NCBI RefSeq assembly: GCF_963676685.1
Contig: NC_092346.1
Span: forward strand, 93,434,001-93,498,000
DNA: 64,000 bases
Direction: 5' to 3'
DNA from: Mytilus edulis
Lineage: Eukaryota
Both the position numbers and the translations under genes were made by a program. This document shows positions 26,734 to 40,963 of this stretch, piece by piece. The notes beneath the pieces are model-generated. The model worked only from the letters and a program-made list of their open reading frames with translations, did no database searches and was not told the origin of the DNA. Position 1 is the stretch's first letter. Every line of letters starts with the position of its first letter.

Positions 26734-28169
26734 CTGGAATGGGACATTTTAAATAAAGAAATTTGACACAAACTTTTAAAGGATTTCTGCATGTCAAACA
26801 AAAGATACTATTTTTTAATGCAATTTTAATTATTTTTTTTAAAATACAGCTAGCATTTTTAAGAGACAGCGTTAAATAATTGGGACATTCAAACTAGCCA
26901 AAAAAAAAATGGCATCGACTAACACATCATGCTACACATAAACACTTAATAAGATAAAGCGTGTTGTAGTTTGCATACTGTTGTTTGTGTTTTGGTCGTT
27001 TATCCCTTTTTGCCATGGCATTGACATTATGAATTTGACTTGAGTTTGATTATTGCTTTGGATTCTTTCGCCTCTCTTTTATCGTGAAAACTACAACACA
27101 ATTTACTGGTACTACATATAAGATTTAACACGTATAAATCTAATATATGTGAAGCCTAGACAACGTATGGTTTTTCTACTTGTAATATAACATTTATAAC
27201 TTTTCCAAATAAAATATTTTTAGTGAAAATCAACAATTTGTTATTTGAAGTAGACGACATAACAATTCTGCGAATCGACATTCTTTCACAATATCATAGA
27301 TAAATCTCTATGGAAACATTATCAATGTCACAAACAAAGCCTTATACAAATCATTTATAATGTATAACAATTTGAATGCATAACTATCACGGTTTTACTT
27401 GAGAATAATTTAAGCACATCTGAATGCGTAACAAGCACGGTTTCATTTTAAAAAAGGAATAAACAGTACACACACTCTTCAAATAAGACTGATCGAGCAT
27501 TTCAATCTTCTTGGAAACTGAAATGGTTTTCATCTTATCGCAGAATAAAAGGCGAAAAATTACACGATGTTAGTTTACAGTATTTTGATTATTAGCAATT
27601 AATAAAAAGTGATTGTTCTGAAATTCTATATCTCATATTTGAAAAGAAATAAAATTAGCGCAAATAAAAATAATATGATCCCTGGTAAATTCATACAACG
27701 ACTTTCAACTATCAAAAGACAACTTAGCATGTTTAAACACAAAACAAACCGTCAATAAAAACATATGAATAATTAAGTTTGGTTTTGTTGAACTGCAACA
27801 TTTGCACGATATCTGTTTATTGATGTATGCTTTCAATAGTTTGTGTCCGTTTATGGATAATCTAGTTCATGTTCTATTTAAATTAATATTGAAAGAGAAA
27901 TAATCGTCCAGATTTCTATCAACACAAATTTGAAAGATATATTTCGCAGTATCAATTACGTTTGGCCTCTATTGATTTTTCTTGATGCACATTATGTGTT
28001 GTTACCTGTTTTTGTTTATTAGCACTAGACGTCAGAAATGCAGAATTATGAAAAAATAAAGTTTACAGATTTGAAAAAGACATGTGGAAAAAAATCTGAA
28101 AAATATAAAGAAAAAATAATTGTCAAAATAAGATTGTGTTCAGACATTACCCTGAACCTGATGCGACGA

Positions 28170-28345
28170 GAGGTTTAGCTTATATAAAACCTGGTTTAAT
28201 CCATCCTTTTCTTCATAGAAAAATGCACGTACCAATGCGGGAATATGACAGTTGTTATCCATTCGTTTGATGTGTTTGAGCTTTTGATTAGGGACTTCGT
28301 TTTGAATTTTCCTCGGAATTCAGTATTTTTGTGATATTACTTTTT
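28170..28345 (+). repeat. Interspersed repeat family; copies at about 42815-43010, 55350-55610 and 55715-55800
   Basis: Shared ATATGACAGTTGTTATCCATTCGTTTGATGTGTTTGAGC...TTTTCCTCGGAGTTCAGTATTTTTG. Confidence 0.75.
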
Positions 28346-28561
28346 TGAATTATTCGAAACTCTAAGGATTTCTACCACAATTTTTTTTTACCTTAGCTGT
28401 ATTTGACAAAAACGTTCGCAATGTTTCGTTCGTCCTCGTTGCTCTTCAACTTCGTATTGTAATTTTGCCTTTTTACTTTTAGATTCCCGCGTCAGCTGAT
28501 ATCTTTGATGAGTTTCATAGACATAAAACACTTACTTTATATGGTTATTTGCTTTACATAC

Positions 28562-28652
28562 CTAAGAGATATTTATTTTGGATGACCCATGCCGCAACGC
28601 CGGATATACATCCAATTAAAACAATAAGAATCATTATTCTCAAAGGGCAGTT
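28562..28652 (-). CDS. Gene A transmembrane/signal-anchor exon (NCPLRIMILIVLIGCISGVAAWVIQNKYLL)
   Basis: tatttcag| 91 nt G|gtatgt; phase 0 to 1; about 19 uncharged hydrophobic residues. Confidence 0.85.
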
Positions 28653-29907
28653 CTGAAATAAAAATAAAACAAAAATAATAAAATAAGATACTATAGGAAA
28701 GAGAAGGACAGCGATGAATAAAGCAAGACTCAGATTGGCAAATAATTCTTAGGACGCAGACGAGTTATTTTTATCTACTGTACATTTTGATGGACATAAC
28801 ATATACTCAGTTTTCAAATGAAATTGAGATTTCTATAACATGTTATTTGGCATATTTCAAAGTGGAACCAGCTCTTCAATATTTATAAAATTATTATGAC
28901 CACTACATTATTCATAAAAAGGAATTCATGTATTGTTTGTTATCTTACTATCATACTTTTTTTTTAAATTTCTACTGTAAACACTGGCCTCGTCGCATGT
29001 TTGTATCTAAAGTTTTATGAATTTCTATCAAACCAACGCTTCATCAGTTTGAATATTCAAAACAGTTGTATTTTAAAAAAATTCTGCGAAGAGAGACAGT
29101 AATGTCGAAAGGGAAAGTCAAACTCTTACTTCTAAAACCAAATGATTTTTTTATGGCAAACAAAAAGATAAAAATCTCGAAAAAATAAGCAACACTGTAC
29201 AAAATAAAACATACAAAACTAAATACTGAATAACATCAAACCGACGAAACCAACCAGATTATAATCTTAGTTGATCTAGAAGAGTACGTAAATCCTGCTC
29301 TGCATTTTGTACATGTGGCACCCGTCGTGTTTCTTATTAAAGTACACCCGATGATAAAGATTTCTTTAAAAACACTATTTTGGAGTATGAAGTCTCTTGA
29401 ACTTTATTTCAAAAGGGGGAATGGATTCCTGTCTGAAACAGAATGAAACTCGCTAGTAAGATTTCATGGGGCATAATTTTTGATGCACTTAAATGTCATC
29501 ACAGACTTGTGATAGTTATTCTCTATTGAACTGTCATCCAGTTTAATTGTTTGCATAAGGGTTTGGGAGGAGAGATTAGGTCTGTTTGTAGTATTATTCT
29601 AGCATGTCTCCTTTGAAATTTTAAATATCATATTTAAACCCTGACAGCTACAACTTCTCCAAACTATACAACACTAATCAGCGATCAATTAGTGGTGAGA
29701 TTGACCATTAAAGCATAATTTTCTGAAGTCTAGATTTAAAAATTTCTTAATCTTTATTAGTAGATATAGCCTAAATGAAATTTCAAGCAGATCAAATAAA
29801 TTTGGTTTGACCATGTCAGGGAAAATTCAATTAAAATGCTAAGAGCATATTATCATCTTCAATTACAATAAATAGTTTGCTAGATGTATATTAAAAACAA
29901 AGCCTAC

Positions 29908-29937
29908 CTTTTTACTCTTGTAATGTTTTTCCAGGTC
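29908..29937 (-). CDS. Gene A juxtamembrane exon (DLEKHYKSKK)
   Basis: tatttttag| 30 nt AAG|gtaggc; phase 0-0; basic residues precede the hydrophobic helix. Confidence 0.75.
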
Positions 29938-31384
29938 CTAAAAATAAGAAGACTTATTAGATTTTCACTTCGATTGGCCTCTGAGACAAATATCCTTCTA
30001 ATGTATATATAAGAAGATGTGATATGAATGTCAATAAGACAACTAGCAATTCAAGTCCCAATTTGTAAAAGTAAACAATTATAGGTCAAAGTACGGACTT
30101 TAGATGCATGAGTTTTTATGTCAGTTGTTATTGGCGCTGAACAATCTGTCAGTACTCTCAGATCTGTACTTAGTGTCTTTTTATTATTGGGATATACAAG
30201 TACTCGGTCACGTCCACGTGTTTTTGTTGTATGTTTTTATATTTGTATTCATCTGATGAGTTAAGCTTTTTTTCAACTGATTTTTATAGTTTGTTCTTAT
30301 GTTGTACTTCTACCTAACTGTCCAGATTAGGTGAAGGGTTGCAATCTCGTTAACATGCTTAACCCCGCCTTATACTATATGTATGCGCCTGTCTAAAGTC
30401 AGAAGCCTGTAAATCAGCTGTTGTTGTATGTCGTATGCTGTATTTGGTAAAACTTTAATGAATTTTGGTCCTCAATGCTCTTACACTTCGTACATTATTT
30501 GGCTTGTTTGGAGACGAAACGCGAGTCTGGCGTAAATACAAAATGTAATCCTGGTATCTATGATGAGTTTATTTGCTGTGTTACATAATTGTTTTTTGTT
30601 ATTTTATTGTACATTGATTAAGCCCTTTTCTCGTTTAAATTGTTTTACATTTGTGATTTCGGGGCCTTTAATAACTGACTATGTTGTATGGGCTTTACAC
30701 ATTGTTAAAGGCCATACACTGATTTATAGCTGTTAATTTCTGTGTCATTTGGTTTCTTGTGGAGAGTTGTCTTATTGGCAATAAAACCACATCTCTTTTT
30801 TTTTTATATTCAACAGCCTTGTCTCACACCGTACAACAAGCTATAAAAGTCCCAAAACCCAAAAAGTGTAAAACCATTCAAGCCTTCCCCCTTACCTGAA
30901 ACAATAGTGTGATATCACAACACAGAAAGACACACTATAACATATTAATCAAAAGATATATAAAAAAAATCAGTAAGCGTTCACTGAACGAATAATTATT
31001 AACTATGACACAATGTAAAAACAAAATTAATAAAAAAGAAGGCGAGATGTAAATCAATATATTAAAGACAATCATAACCTTAACCAAAATAGTTTTAGTT
31101 ACTTAGATATAACATCGAATGATCATCACTCAACCTGCAACAAAACGCTAACTCAAACATAATTAGATACAAAAGCACCGTAATGACAAAATGTTAAGGC
31201 TTGTTTATTTAGCGTTATCCGTTTAAAGTTTAAAGAATTGATTGAATTTGTTCAGTTGATTGCAATAAATCATCTCTTATTTTTGTTACGTTTCAGTAGA
31301 AATAATCGCACTGTCGTTTAATGGAAACAACAGCTATCTTTTTATTGGAGGCAAAATATTTGTGTTGCAATATGAACCCCCTTT

Positions 31385-33040
31385 CAAAAGAGGGCCGAAA
31401 GATACCAGAGGAACGGTCAAACTCAAAAATCGAAAATAAACTGACAACGCCAGGGCTAAAAATTAAAAAGACAAACATACAAATAATAGTACACAAGACA
31501 CAACATAGAAAACTATATAAAGACTGAGCAACTGATTTCATCTTGAAGTTCACTATTTGGAACTCTTGGATTAAAAGCTTCATTGTGAGCATCAACCCTG
31601 TATCAAAGAAATCAAGATAGGAAATACAAGCGCAGAAATATCGTATCAATTATACTTCGTATGCAGGCGCTCCTGGAAAGTTGCTACAAAGAGATGGAAC
31701 GTTCACAATTGGGAAGCTGAAATCATCTAGTTTGTCGTAAAGCTTTGTTTTTTTAACCGAACCTGATGGTCAATTTCTAGATGTAAGTAAAGAAATGAGG
31801 CAGACTTAACTGTATCTGTTGTATCCTTTATCTCTAGTTCGATGGGATAGATGTGTTCAACATAGTCACCAAATTTTGAATTATTTAGTGAGAGAATATC
31901 ATCTATATAGCAGAAAGTAAAGTTGAAGGATATTGCTAACTTATTTTTCATTCTAAGAAGTTCCTGTATGAAGTCAGACTCGTAATGATAAAGAAACAAG
32001 TCGACAAGAAGAAGGGCACAATTGGTTCCCATCCGATAGTTTGTTGAAAAACACGTCCTCCAAACGTAACAAATATGTTGTCAATCAAGAAATCAAGCAT
32101 CTTGATAATGTCAGTTTCAGGGAATTTTTTGTTTGAATAAGTGTGATCCTTTTCAAAGTAGGATTTATACCCCCTAAGACAAGATACTTGTATCTTCATT
32201 TGTCATTCTTTTATTATGAAACGAAGCAATACCAACTCTTTCAATTTGTCTATTAGTTTGGAATGGGGAATAGTTTTGTAAAAGAGGGACGAAAGATACC
32301 AAAGGGACAGTCAAACTCATAAATCTAAAACAAACTGACAACGCCATGGCTAAAAATGAAAAAGACAAACAGAAAAACAATAGTACACATAACACAACAT
32401 AGAAAACTAAAGAATAAACAACAAGAACCCCACCAAAAACTAGGGGTGATCTCAGGTGCTCCGGAAGGGTAAGCAGATCTACTTGGAAAGTAGAAAAGTC
32501 AAATGTTTTGATATTATTGCAAGAGTCTTTGATTGTACAAATGTATGTACTCTAAAGGATCTGTGGATTGTTTTAGTAACCTCATCTGATTCAAGCCACC
32601 TCTACAATAGGCAGTTTCACAATAACTTTGGAGTACGGCTTTGATCGCTGATAAAATAGGTGTTAATAATTTAGAAAGAGGTGTCGTGGAGCACTTGGAA
32701 GACCTAGCATATTTGTCATGGAGGTAGGACAAGTGTTTTGCAACATTTGTGTCTTTACAGATTGACGTAGCATGGGCATTGATAAACCCATTCTGTTTCT
32801 CATTTCTGAGTTGAATCAATGACCTCACAGCGTTAATCAATTATGAAAGAGTATCTACGTCTTCGTTCTCGCGCTTAGCCCATAATCCTCAACTGAATGC
32901 ATCAGTATTTTGAATTTGTATTTCCAATTAATGGATTTATGCTCACGATATTTCGGACCTTTGGATAACACAATTCAGAGGGAAGTGTTGTTGACAATGT
33001 TGAGGTCACCGGTAATAACGTGGCTAGCCGGATTGATTAA
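31385..33040 (-). mobile_element. Decayed Penelope-like element (RT fragments plus terminal repeat), with a nested terminal-repeat copy at about 32279-32481
   Basis: ORF pieces FLIDNIFVTFGGRVFQQTIG, MGTNCALLLVDLFL and YIDDILSLN are PLE-type RT motifs; several frameshifts and deletions. Confidence 0.85.
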
Positions 33041-33130
33041 TACAGTATTGTATTGTTTTTAACACAATAATATGTTTCCGATATACGTGAACAATTTATG
33101 CTACAGGAAACCACCAGCAAAGTTTTTTTA

Positions 33131-33427
33131 TGCTGCGTTCACACGTCATTCGAATTCCATTCTAATTTGAATAAGTTTAATTCGCATTCGAAACGTTTTA
33201 CATCCAACCGTAAATTCTTATTCAAATTGCAATGTGCGTAAAATACGCTTAACTGTCCGAACGACGTTAACTTTTAATTCGTATTACCAAAACTCTATTT
33301 CTAATGCAAATTAGCCAATTCAAATCAATTCGAATTAAAAAAAGAAGCGTGTGTGAATGCGATTAGCGAATTCGATTCACATCCGGTTCGAATTCAATTG
33401 AATTAAATGTACGTTTGAACAAGGCAC
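33131..33427. mobile_element. Harbinger-like MITE remnant rich in TTCGAATT motifs
   Basis: Imperfect TIRs GCTGCGTTCACACGT and ACGTTTGAACAAGGC. Confidence 0.5.
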
Positions 33428-33907
33428 TAATCAAGTAAAACGGTTGTCCAAAAGATACACTTTGTGATACATTAATACGAACAAATGGGATAATACATAG
33501 TCTAAAAACAAATACAAATTCAAGCAATGTTTGTATAGACAAAAGTCAAATAAACGTTGATTATTGAATCATCATTATAAGTAATTTATATTTTTATGGC
33601 AATTTGGGAATCTGGATAAAGCAAGGTAGCATTTGTAAAGACAACAGGCAGCTACCGATTTTCACAAATAAAATGACGTAATGAAGTCGTTACTGCTATC
33701 ATTGCATCACCCTCTATGCGAATGTCACCAGAACACAATCGGTAAAACAAAATATGAAACAAGTTCCATAGTATCTTTTAAGATTTAATAGCGTGAAAAC
33801 ATGTCGCAAGTGTGTTTAGACACAGACGCATCTAATCGACGCCAATGATTCTTTCTCATATTTAAGTCGGAGCAGTTTTTCTGTTTTCACGTTGGTCATA
33901 TATTTAA

Positions 33908-34501
33908 GGTAGATCATAAGTAAATGTTTTTTTAGACAGATTTTTTTTATAATTTGCCAAAATGAAGATTTTAATATACTTTTTTTTTTTTAAATATAAT
34001 TAAAAGAATGGGTCACCGTGCTATTTTTTATGCTATGAGTCGTTGAAAATTGCCTAAATTTGGTTAGTTTGTTCATGAAAAAACACATAAGAGTGCATAC
34101 AAATTTTTCTATGAGATAAAATTTTGAAATAAATTGTGAGAAGATAGGTTTCATAATATGTTTTAAGAAAATAAAAAGAAAACATGGTGTCATCGAACTT
34201 GTTTTCTTTCCAGAAGTAAAAATACAAAATTTCGCTATTAGCCCAGTATAAATTTTGTACTAAAATAGTTATCTCCCCTTAAAGGGCTCATTTGAAAAAA
34301 AAAAAAGATTTTTAGAACCAAAAAAAATATTATTTGTTAAAATATTTTGAATAATACAATAAATTAACAAGTTGTCCTTAAATAACAGTCAAACCATTAA
34401 ATTGTATATCTGTTTCCAAATTTGCTGAGTTGGGCAAATAACTAGACCGATTTTGTACTGTGATTGTACAACCCAAGATGGCGGTATACCATGAATCTAC
34501 C
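33908..34501. mobile_element. Kolobok-like non-autonomous DNA transposon
   Basis: TTAA|GGTAGAT ... ATCTACC|TTAA: TTAA TSD and short GG...CC TIRs. Confidence 0.75.
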
Positions 34502-34711
34502 TTAAGTTTGCAGTCGTCCATCAGTGTCAATATCGAGAAAAAAATATCATGCATATAAGGCAAACTTCTTATTCCGCTTAATCTGAAGATAAGTTGAAAG
34601 TCATATCAATTCCTGGACTATTAAAATTGAATTAGATATAAGTAGAAACCCCACATTTATTGGACTCCGGTTGAGGCATTTTTCGATCACTTTTAGAATA
34701 TTAATAATTAC

Positions 34712-34825
34712 CGAGTAATCAGAGGAATCAATATTCGAAAATAACCTATTGTCTGCAATATAACTTATATCCTCATTGTTGTTATGCAGGTTTATTCCAG
34801 TAGGAGGTTCAATGACAGTTTCAGT
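34712..34825 (-). CDS. Gene A duplicated exon, copy 2 (TETVIEPPTG...DSSDYS)
   Basis: ctttccag| 114 nt TCG|gtaatt; phase 0-0; inside ORF 34601..34849. Confidence 0.75.
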
Positions 34826-35418
34826 CTGGAAAGTAAAATAAACATTCATATCAGTTTAGAGAAAGGCTAAATTTGAAGGTTCGATAAAAGTTATGATAAT
34901 AAACAAATTGGAAGATATGTTAAGATTCATTCCAGGTTATGATTGCGACTAAGTTTTCATTCTATAAATCCTATATGTATTTTGTGTTTTTCATAGTAAC
35001 TCGTTTTGGTATTTCGTATATTTATCTGTCAACGGAATGTAACTTATATAGGTAATTTGTTTGGACGTTTATTTTGATTTTGCATTTATGTAAAGAATTT
35101 GTCACTGATTTTATAGTGTGGGTGTTTCCATATTTAAATGGCATATACGTGATCTTGTCGCTGTGCTGAAGACCCATGTTTTCTGCTCATTCATCAGGTT
35201 GTTGTCTCTTAAAAACACTCCCCGTTTGACCTCTCAATTTTATTGATATCAATAAAAAAGTCCTTACCTATGCACTATGGTATTCTTAAAAAAAGTTTCC
35301 TACTGATTGAATATCTTAATTTCTCAGTGGTTTTGTGAATGAAAGATGATGAATCAGCATCCGTAATTGTACTTATTCAATATCACATCATCATTAACAT
35401 TTTTTTGAAAATAATTAC

Positions 35419-35544
35419 CGAGTAATGGCTGTTTCTTCCAGAGGAATAAATATTCGGAAATAACCTATTGTCTGCAATACAAGTTATATCCTCATTGTTG
35501 TTAGGCAGGTTTATTCCAGTAGGAGGTTCAATGACAGTTTCCTT
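35419..35544 (-). CDS. Gene A duplicated exon, copy 1 (KETVIEPPTG...RNSHYS)
   Basis: ttaacag| 126 nt TCG|gtaatt; phase 0-0; near-identical to 34712-34825, differing by a 12-nt in-frame indel. Confidence 0.75.
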
Positions 35545-37311
35545 CTGTTAAGTAAAATAAACATTCAACACATTTTAGAGAAAGGCCAATTTTGAAGGTA
35601 CGATAAAAGTTATGACAATAAAGGAATTGGAAGATATGTTTTAGAATCATTCCAGGTTCTGATTGTGACCACGTTTTCATTCTATATATCCTATATATGT
35701 TTTGTCGTTTTCATAGCAACTAATTCTGGTATTTCGTATATTTATTTGTTAGCGGAATGCAACTTATATGGGTAATTTGTTTGGACGTTTATTTTGAAAT
35801 TGACACTGATTTTTTAGTGTAAGTATTTTATATACGTGATCTTCTCGCTGCGCTGAAGACCCATTGGCTGTTTTGGACTGTTTTTCTGCTTATTAACCAG
35901 GTTGTTGTCTCTTTTAAAAAATCCCCGTTTCGACTCTCAATTTTATTGATGTCAATAGAAAAGTCCTCACGTATGAACTATGATATTCTTATCTAAATTT
36001 CTCAGTGACTTTGTGAGTGACAAATCAGCATACCTACATTGTACTTATTCAATACCACATCAACATTAACATTTGTTTATGTATGTTGCTACTTGATATC
36101 ACTTTTCAAATGTAAAGGGCATAGCATGCAAAGCATGGCATGGTATAAATATGTAATCACTTGGTATAGCTACTATTCTCCAACATAATAGCTAAACAAC
36201 AATAAGGAGTGAAATTGTTTGGCTTGTAAACTTATTTGAAGATCGTGTCATGCTGATCATTTTGCTTTTTCAAATTTAATGTTGAATGTCCCTCTGGTAT
36301 CTTTCGCTCCTCCTTAAATCTATCTCTTATAGTTTTTTTTAGTCTTATTCAAAGAACACAAAAGATGATATTTAAAGGGCAATAACTCCAATAAGTAGTT
36401 ATATTACGATTGTAGCATTTCAACTCAATTGTAGATCTTTTCTTGTTGATGTAAAATTGCCCTCTTTATGTCTTTTTACAATTTTCAAGATAATAGGTAA
36501 AAATAAAAATAAAATGTGCATTTGATGGTAACCCCGAGAAGAAAATGACTGACAGTTTTGGCGTACATATACAGTATGTAGATCTCATCATTTTGAACAT
36601 AGATATTGGAAGATGTGGTATGAGACAACTCTCCATCCAAGTACAATTTTCTCAATGTATAGTGGGTTTATAAATTAAAGACAAAACTAACATTTTACCC
36701 CTTTGTTATATTTGTAGACATGTCGATTGCAAAGCGAGGTCATTGAACACATTTGTAAAACCACATACCCTTTTGATGATTGTGGCCAAGTTCGTTAAAT
36801 TTGGCACATTAACCACAGAGAAGATGATCTTTGAAAAAATCAACGGACGATAGACGATGACAGACGACGTAAGACAAGTTAGTGATTGGAAAAGCTCACA
36901 TTGCTCTTTCGTGCTAAGTGAGATTTTAAGAACACAACAAAGTCTTAGTGTATGTATTTTATAATTTACTCACACTTAGACTATAAAGAATAGGTGTCCA
37001 TTTTTCACTATCTCGCCTAAGGAATTTCCATTCAGTCTATTAATATAGCAAAGTAAAGATATATATTTATCATGGTCTTTATTTATTGATATTTCAAAAC
37101 ATTACAAATCAAGACATATGCTAAGTAAATGTCTGAGAAAAAAACATATCAAGATAACTGTTAGAAAAGATACAAAAATTGTAATTGTAATTCACGTCAA
37201 TCATTTGATTATTTACCTATATTACTACATTGAGAAAATATTCTTAAATTTAACTACAGAAAATCAAATATTTCTGTTATATAATTATTTTAACATACTG
37301 GCGATACTCAC

Positions 37312-37365
37312 CTTTCGTGGTTGATACTGCTGTTCACCAATAGGGGTTCGGAATGTAGGTATATT
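37312..37365 (-). CDS. Gene A exon (NIPTFRTPIGEQQYQPRK)
   Basis: tatttcag| 54 nt AAG|gtgagt; strong splice sites; phase 0-0. Confidence 0.75.
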
Positions 37366-40152
37366 CTGAAATAATATTTTTTACACCATTTAATGTACAG
37401 AAGACAACTAAGAATACATACATGGCTGCCTATGAGAAAGCACGATAAAGCCACTCTTATCGAATTTTGTCTAATGCTTAGTTCGTTTCTGTGTGTGTTA
37501 CATTTTAATGTTGTGTCGTCTTTCTCTTGTATTGAATGCGTTTCCCTCGGTTTTGGTTTATGAACCGGATATTTTTTTCTATCGATTTATGAGTTTGAAC
37601 ATCGGTATACTACTGTTGCCTTTATTTGCTCCTATGTATTGAAAAAATAAATACGATGAAATGTAATGTCTATCTAGTGAACACATTTGGATTTAAAAAA
37701 AACGTGTATTATATACCGATTTTCAGTTTTTAAACGTTATCATGAATATTGAAATCAAACGCCTGTCTATCTTTTAATGTCAAACTGCATGAACTGCCTC
37801 ATTCACTTAATCATTATTTAGGAGCATAGGACTAACACGAAAAAATATTTTTCTTCAAGACGGCTTATTGCAAGAAAATGAATGTTGGTGAAATATCTTA
37901 ATTGGTAAGGTCATGAATTATATCTTGTTTTGGACAAAATATCTGTAGATGGTAATTTTTCTGTGTCGTGTCCTGTGTACTGTTGTTTGTCTGTTTGTCT
38001 TTTTCATTTTTAGCCATGGCGTTGTCAGTTTATTTTTGATTTATGAGTTTGACTGTCCCTGTGGTATCTTTCGTCCCTCTTTTAATTCAAATATATCCCC
38101 TTAACAGATTTTTGATTGGTGTTAAAGGCTCCTTTCAGCATTTTTGGTTGTATCTTGGCGGTCAGTTTGTATTGATATAATGATAGAGGAAGCCGTTGTG
38201 CTTGAGGAGAACCATCGTTCCTCGGCAGGAAAAACATATCAGTGATGATTTCACAGGGACATCATAATTGTCAAAATATATCATCCTATATTTAAACCAC
38301 AAAACAAATATCACTTAAAAAAATTAAATTCGAATATTACTTTCTGGTCAGTAAATGGACAAGATAAAAAAATCTCAAACCTCTCCTCTAACACATGATA
38401 GTTGTCATTGTATCATATTCATGATTACTCTCAAAACATTAATTCAAACTCATTTTCTGTTGATCCTAGTAAAATTTCGATTTATTTCGACTTCATGAAA
38501 TCCTATTAATCCAATGTATAATTCGACATGGTATATGTATTTACTTTTGTATAATACATCAATTTTCAAGATGTATGAAAATTAAAATACTCACAAAAGG
38601 AAAATGCCTAAAATTAATTTAATAGACACGATGAGAGGAACGTTAATAATTCAGTACCAACAATATCAATCATATACCTGACGTGCGTTTCTTCTATATA
38701 ACTCTCAAAATTAAGATTCATTTGGAGTAATTTATAAATCGTTGTTGGCTTAATGCATGTGACAAATGGAGGATAAGGCATATCTTTGTATAACTTTTTA
38801 CAATACTTTGAGAACTTTTTAAACTAACATGTTCGTTCTTAGGTACGTGTACATCAGGTCTCATTTAAATTTCTTTGATCTTATGTTAGTCACAGTGTGA
38901 ATGTAAAAGAAATTGAATTTGCAATTACAAACAAAGAAAAGTTTGCTTAAAACTGCTTCAAAAATTAAACAGGAATCTTTTTTAAATCTTTAAGTGATTT
39001 TTTTTGTGTCCAACGCGTTTCGTAAAATTTATATATTTTCCCCATTTCTGGCAAACAGCATTTTTTAGAATAAGATTAATTACCTTACTTACAACACAAT
39101 ACCGTAATCCCAGTCATCTTCTAACATATTTCATATGCGATATGCATCAAAGTCTAAGAACAGTATTTGTTTACAAGTGTATAACACTTTAGGCACATAC
39201 AAACGAATTTAGAACAAGTGAAAGAATGTAGGATTTTTGTGTTTGTAATTTTTTTAAATTTAATACCCATTTCTGTTTAGTTTTAGTGTCCTACGCGTTT
39301 AGTGAAGTTTGTTATATTGTTTCTGAATTCTGGCAAAAATAATTAATTAAACTTATTACACAAGTTGCAATAAAATACTGGTATTTTGTAGTACCCCTTT
39401 TACCCATATAATATGCCAAACTAATCTCCACTAAAGTCTTACGTTACCAATTGTCTTGCAATTAAAGACAAAAACAGTATTAGAAAATAAAAATAATTGA
39501 GATAAGAATTAGTATGATCGAGACTAAATCATACTTACACCGAACTTATTTGCTACCCCCATTCATAAGTATTTTGTACGTTCACTCATACTTCCCTTGA
39601 TGCACCGAGGAACATTAAAGAAATTTTATTAACAGCTATATTGTGTTCTGAAGACAGAGACAGGCCTTGTTGATATTTTCATCACAATACCCACTAAATC
39701 GTGTTGACACAAAGTCAATTATATGCAATTATCCTAAAATCAATTGAACTCTCAAGTTACTGAAGTCATGGAATCCAATGATCCATACAAAATAAGGCAT
39801 ATTTCATTTGTTGAAGAAGTTAAATGTTGCATAAAATATTACAAAAAGAACACTTTACCGTTTTGCTTATATTACTTGTAAAGAATAACATAAGAGGCTT
39901 TTAATACCCCCGTAAATCCCAACAAACAAAATACGTGTAAAAGATTTTTAATTTGCAAATAGATTATTAATTCCTAGATGAATATCTTTCGGTAAATACA
40001 TGTACATTTGTTTATTTTTACACATAGCAGTTTAAATCAATTGAAATGATAAATGCAGGTTAATGAAATGTCAGAAGTGTCAAATTTGAATATCAGTCGT
40101 TAAATTTAGTTGCCTAGAGAAATCGAATTTGGTAAACAACAGTATTAATTAC

Positions 40153-40260
40153 CGAGTGTAAACTATCTTCTGGAATTGCGTCAATCGATCCACTATCTGC
40201 ACATCCATGATTGTCGTGCCCTTTTTCCTCACAATAATTATCTTCAATTTCGTTTTTAGT
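40153..40260 (-). CDS. Gene A cassette-type exon (TKNEIEDN...IPEDSLHS)
   Basis: ttatag| 108 nt TCG|gtaatt; phase 0-0. Confidence 0.75.
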
Positions 40261-40513
40261 CTATAATTCAAAATATTTGTTTTAAATACTTGGACTGAAA
40301 GGCATGGGATAACTTACATGAGAGATACGATTAAATAGAAAATGCGCCAAAGTTATTTTCTCTAGAAAAAGACATACGATAGGTACACCACTTGTTTTTA
40401 CGAACAATTAGTTTTAAAAGTATAAATGTGATTTTATGAACTTGAGTTTCGTATACAAAATTTATTAATTTGTCAATCAACGGTTGTTCAAGCCCAGTAG
40501 CAGTAGTAACACA

Positions 40514-40963
40514 CAATGGAGATAACTTCTAACCTCTCATCAAATATGTCAGAATCTGTCAGGAAAACGGTTCTAGGACAGTATGTAGAACTGTCATCCT
40601 GACACCTTTTAGACAGTTCTAGCTAGAACAGTTCTAAACAAGAACTGATTTGGTCAGTTCTATCTAGAAATGATTTGTTCAGTTCTACCTAGAACAATTT
40701 TAGACAGTTCTGCTGACAGTTCTACGGTTAAAACTGATTTAAACAGTTCTGCTGACAGTTCTACGACTAGAACTGATTTGGACAGAACAGTTTCAGACAG
40801 TTCTACCTAAAACTGATTCTGACAGTTATAATAAGAACAATTCTCGGATAGAACTGTTCTAGGTAGAACTATTCTAGGTAGAACTGTTTTATACCAGTTT
40901 ATAACAGTTCATTGACAGATTATCCTGACAGTTCTAATGAGAGGCTAGAAGTGATATCCACTG
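40514..40963. mobile_element. MITE with 27-bp imperfect TIRs and internal GACAGTTCT/AGAACTG repeats
   Basis: CAATGGAGATAACTTCTAACCTCTCAT ... ATGAGAGGCTAGAAGTGATATCCACTG|TA; many short internal repeats in both orientations. Confidence 0.8.

Larger units (their letters stand above)
34700..36072. repeat. Tandem duplication of about 700 bp, each unit containing one gene A exon
   Basis: 34700-35400 and 35410-36072 align along exon and intron. Confidence 0.9.

Noticed and set aside
31103-31134. Possible extra exon between the twin exons and the juxtamembrane exon
   Set aside because: In-frame TGA in phase 0, and the 32-nt length does not preserve the frame.
39538-39648. Possible extra gene A exon (good acceptor and gtaagt donor)
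   Set aside because: Stop codon in the required phase-0 frame.
40560-40940. Regularly recurring GACAGTTCT motifs resembling a CRISPR or iteron array
   Set aside because: The repeats are short, irregular and in both orientations, and sit inside a TIR-bounded MITE in eukaryotic DNA.
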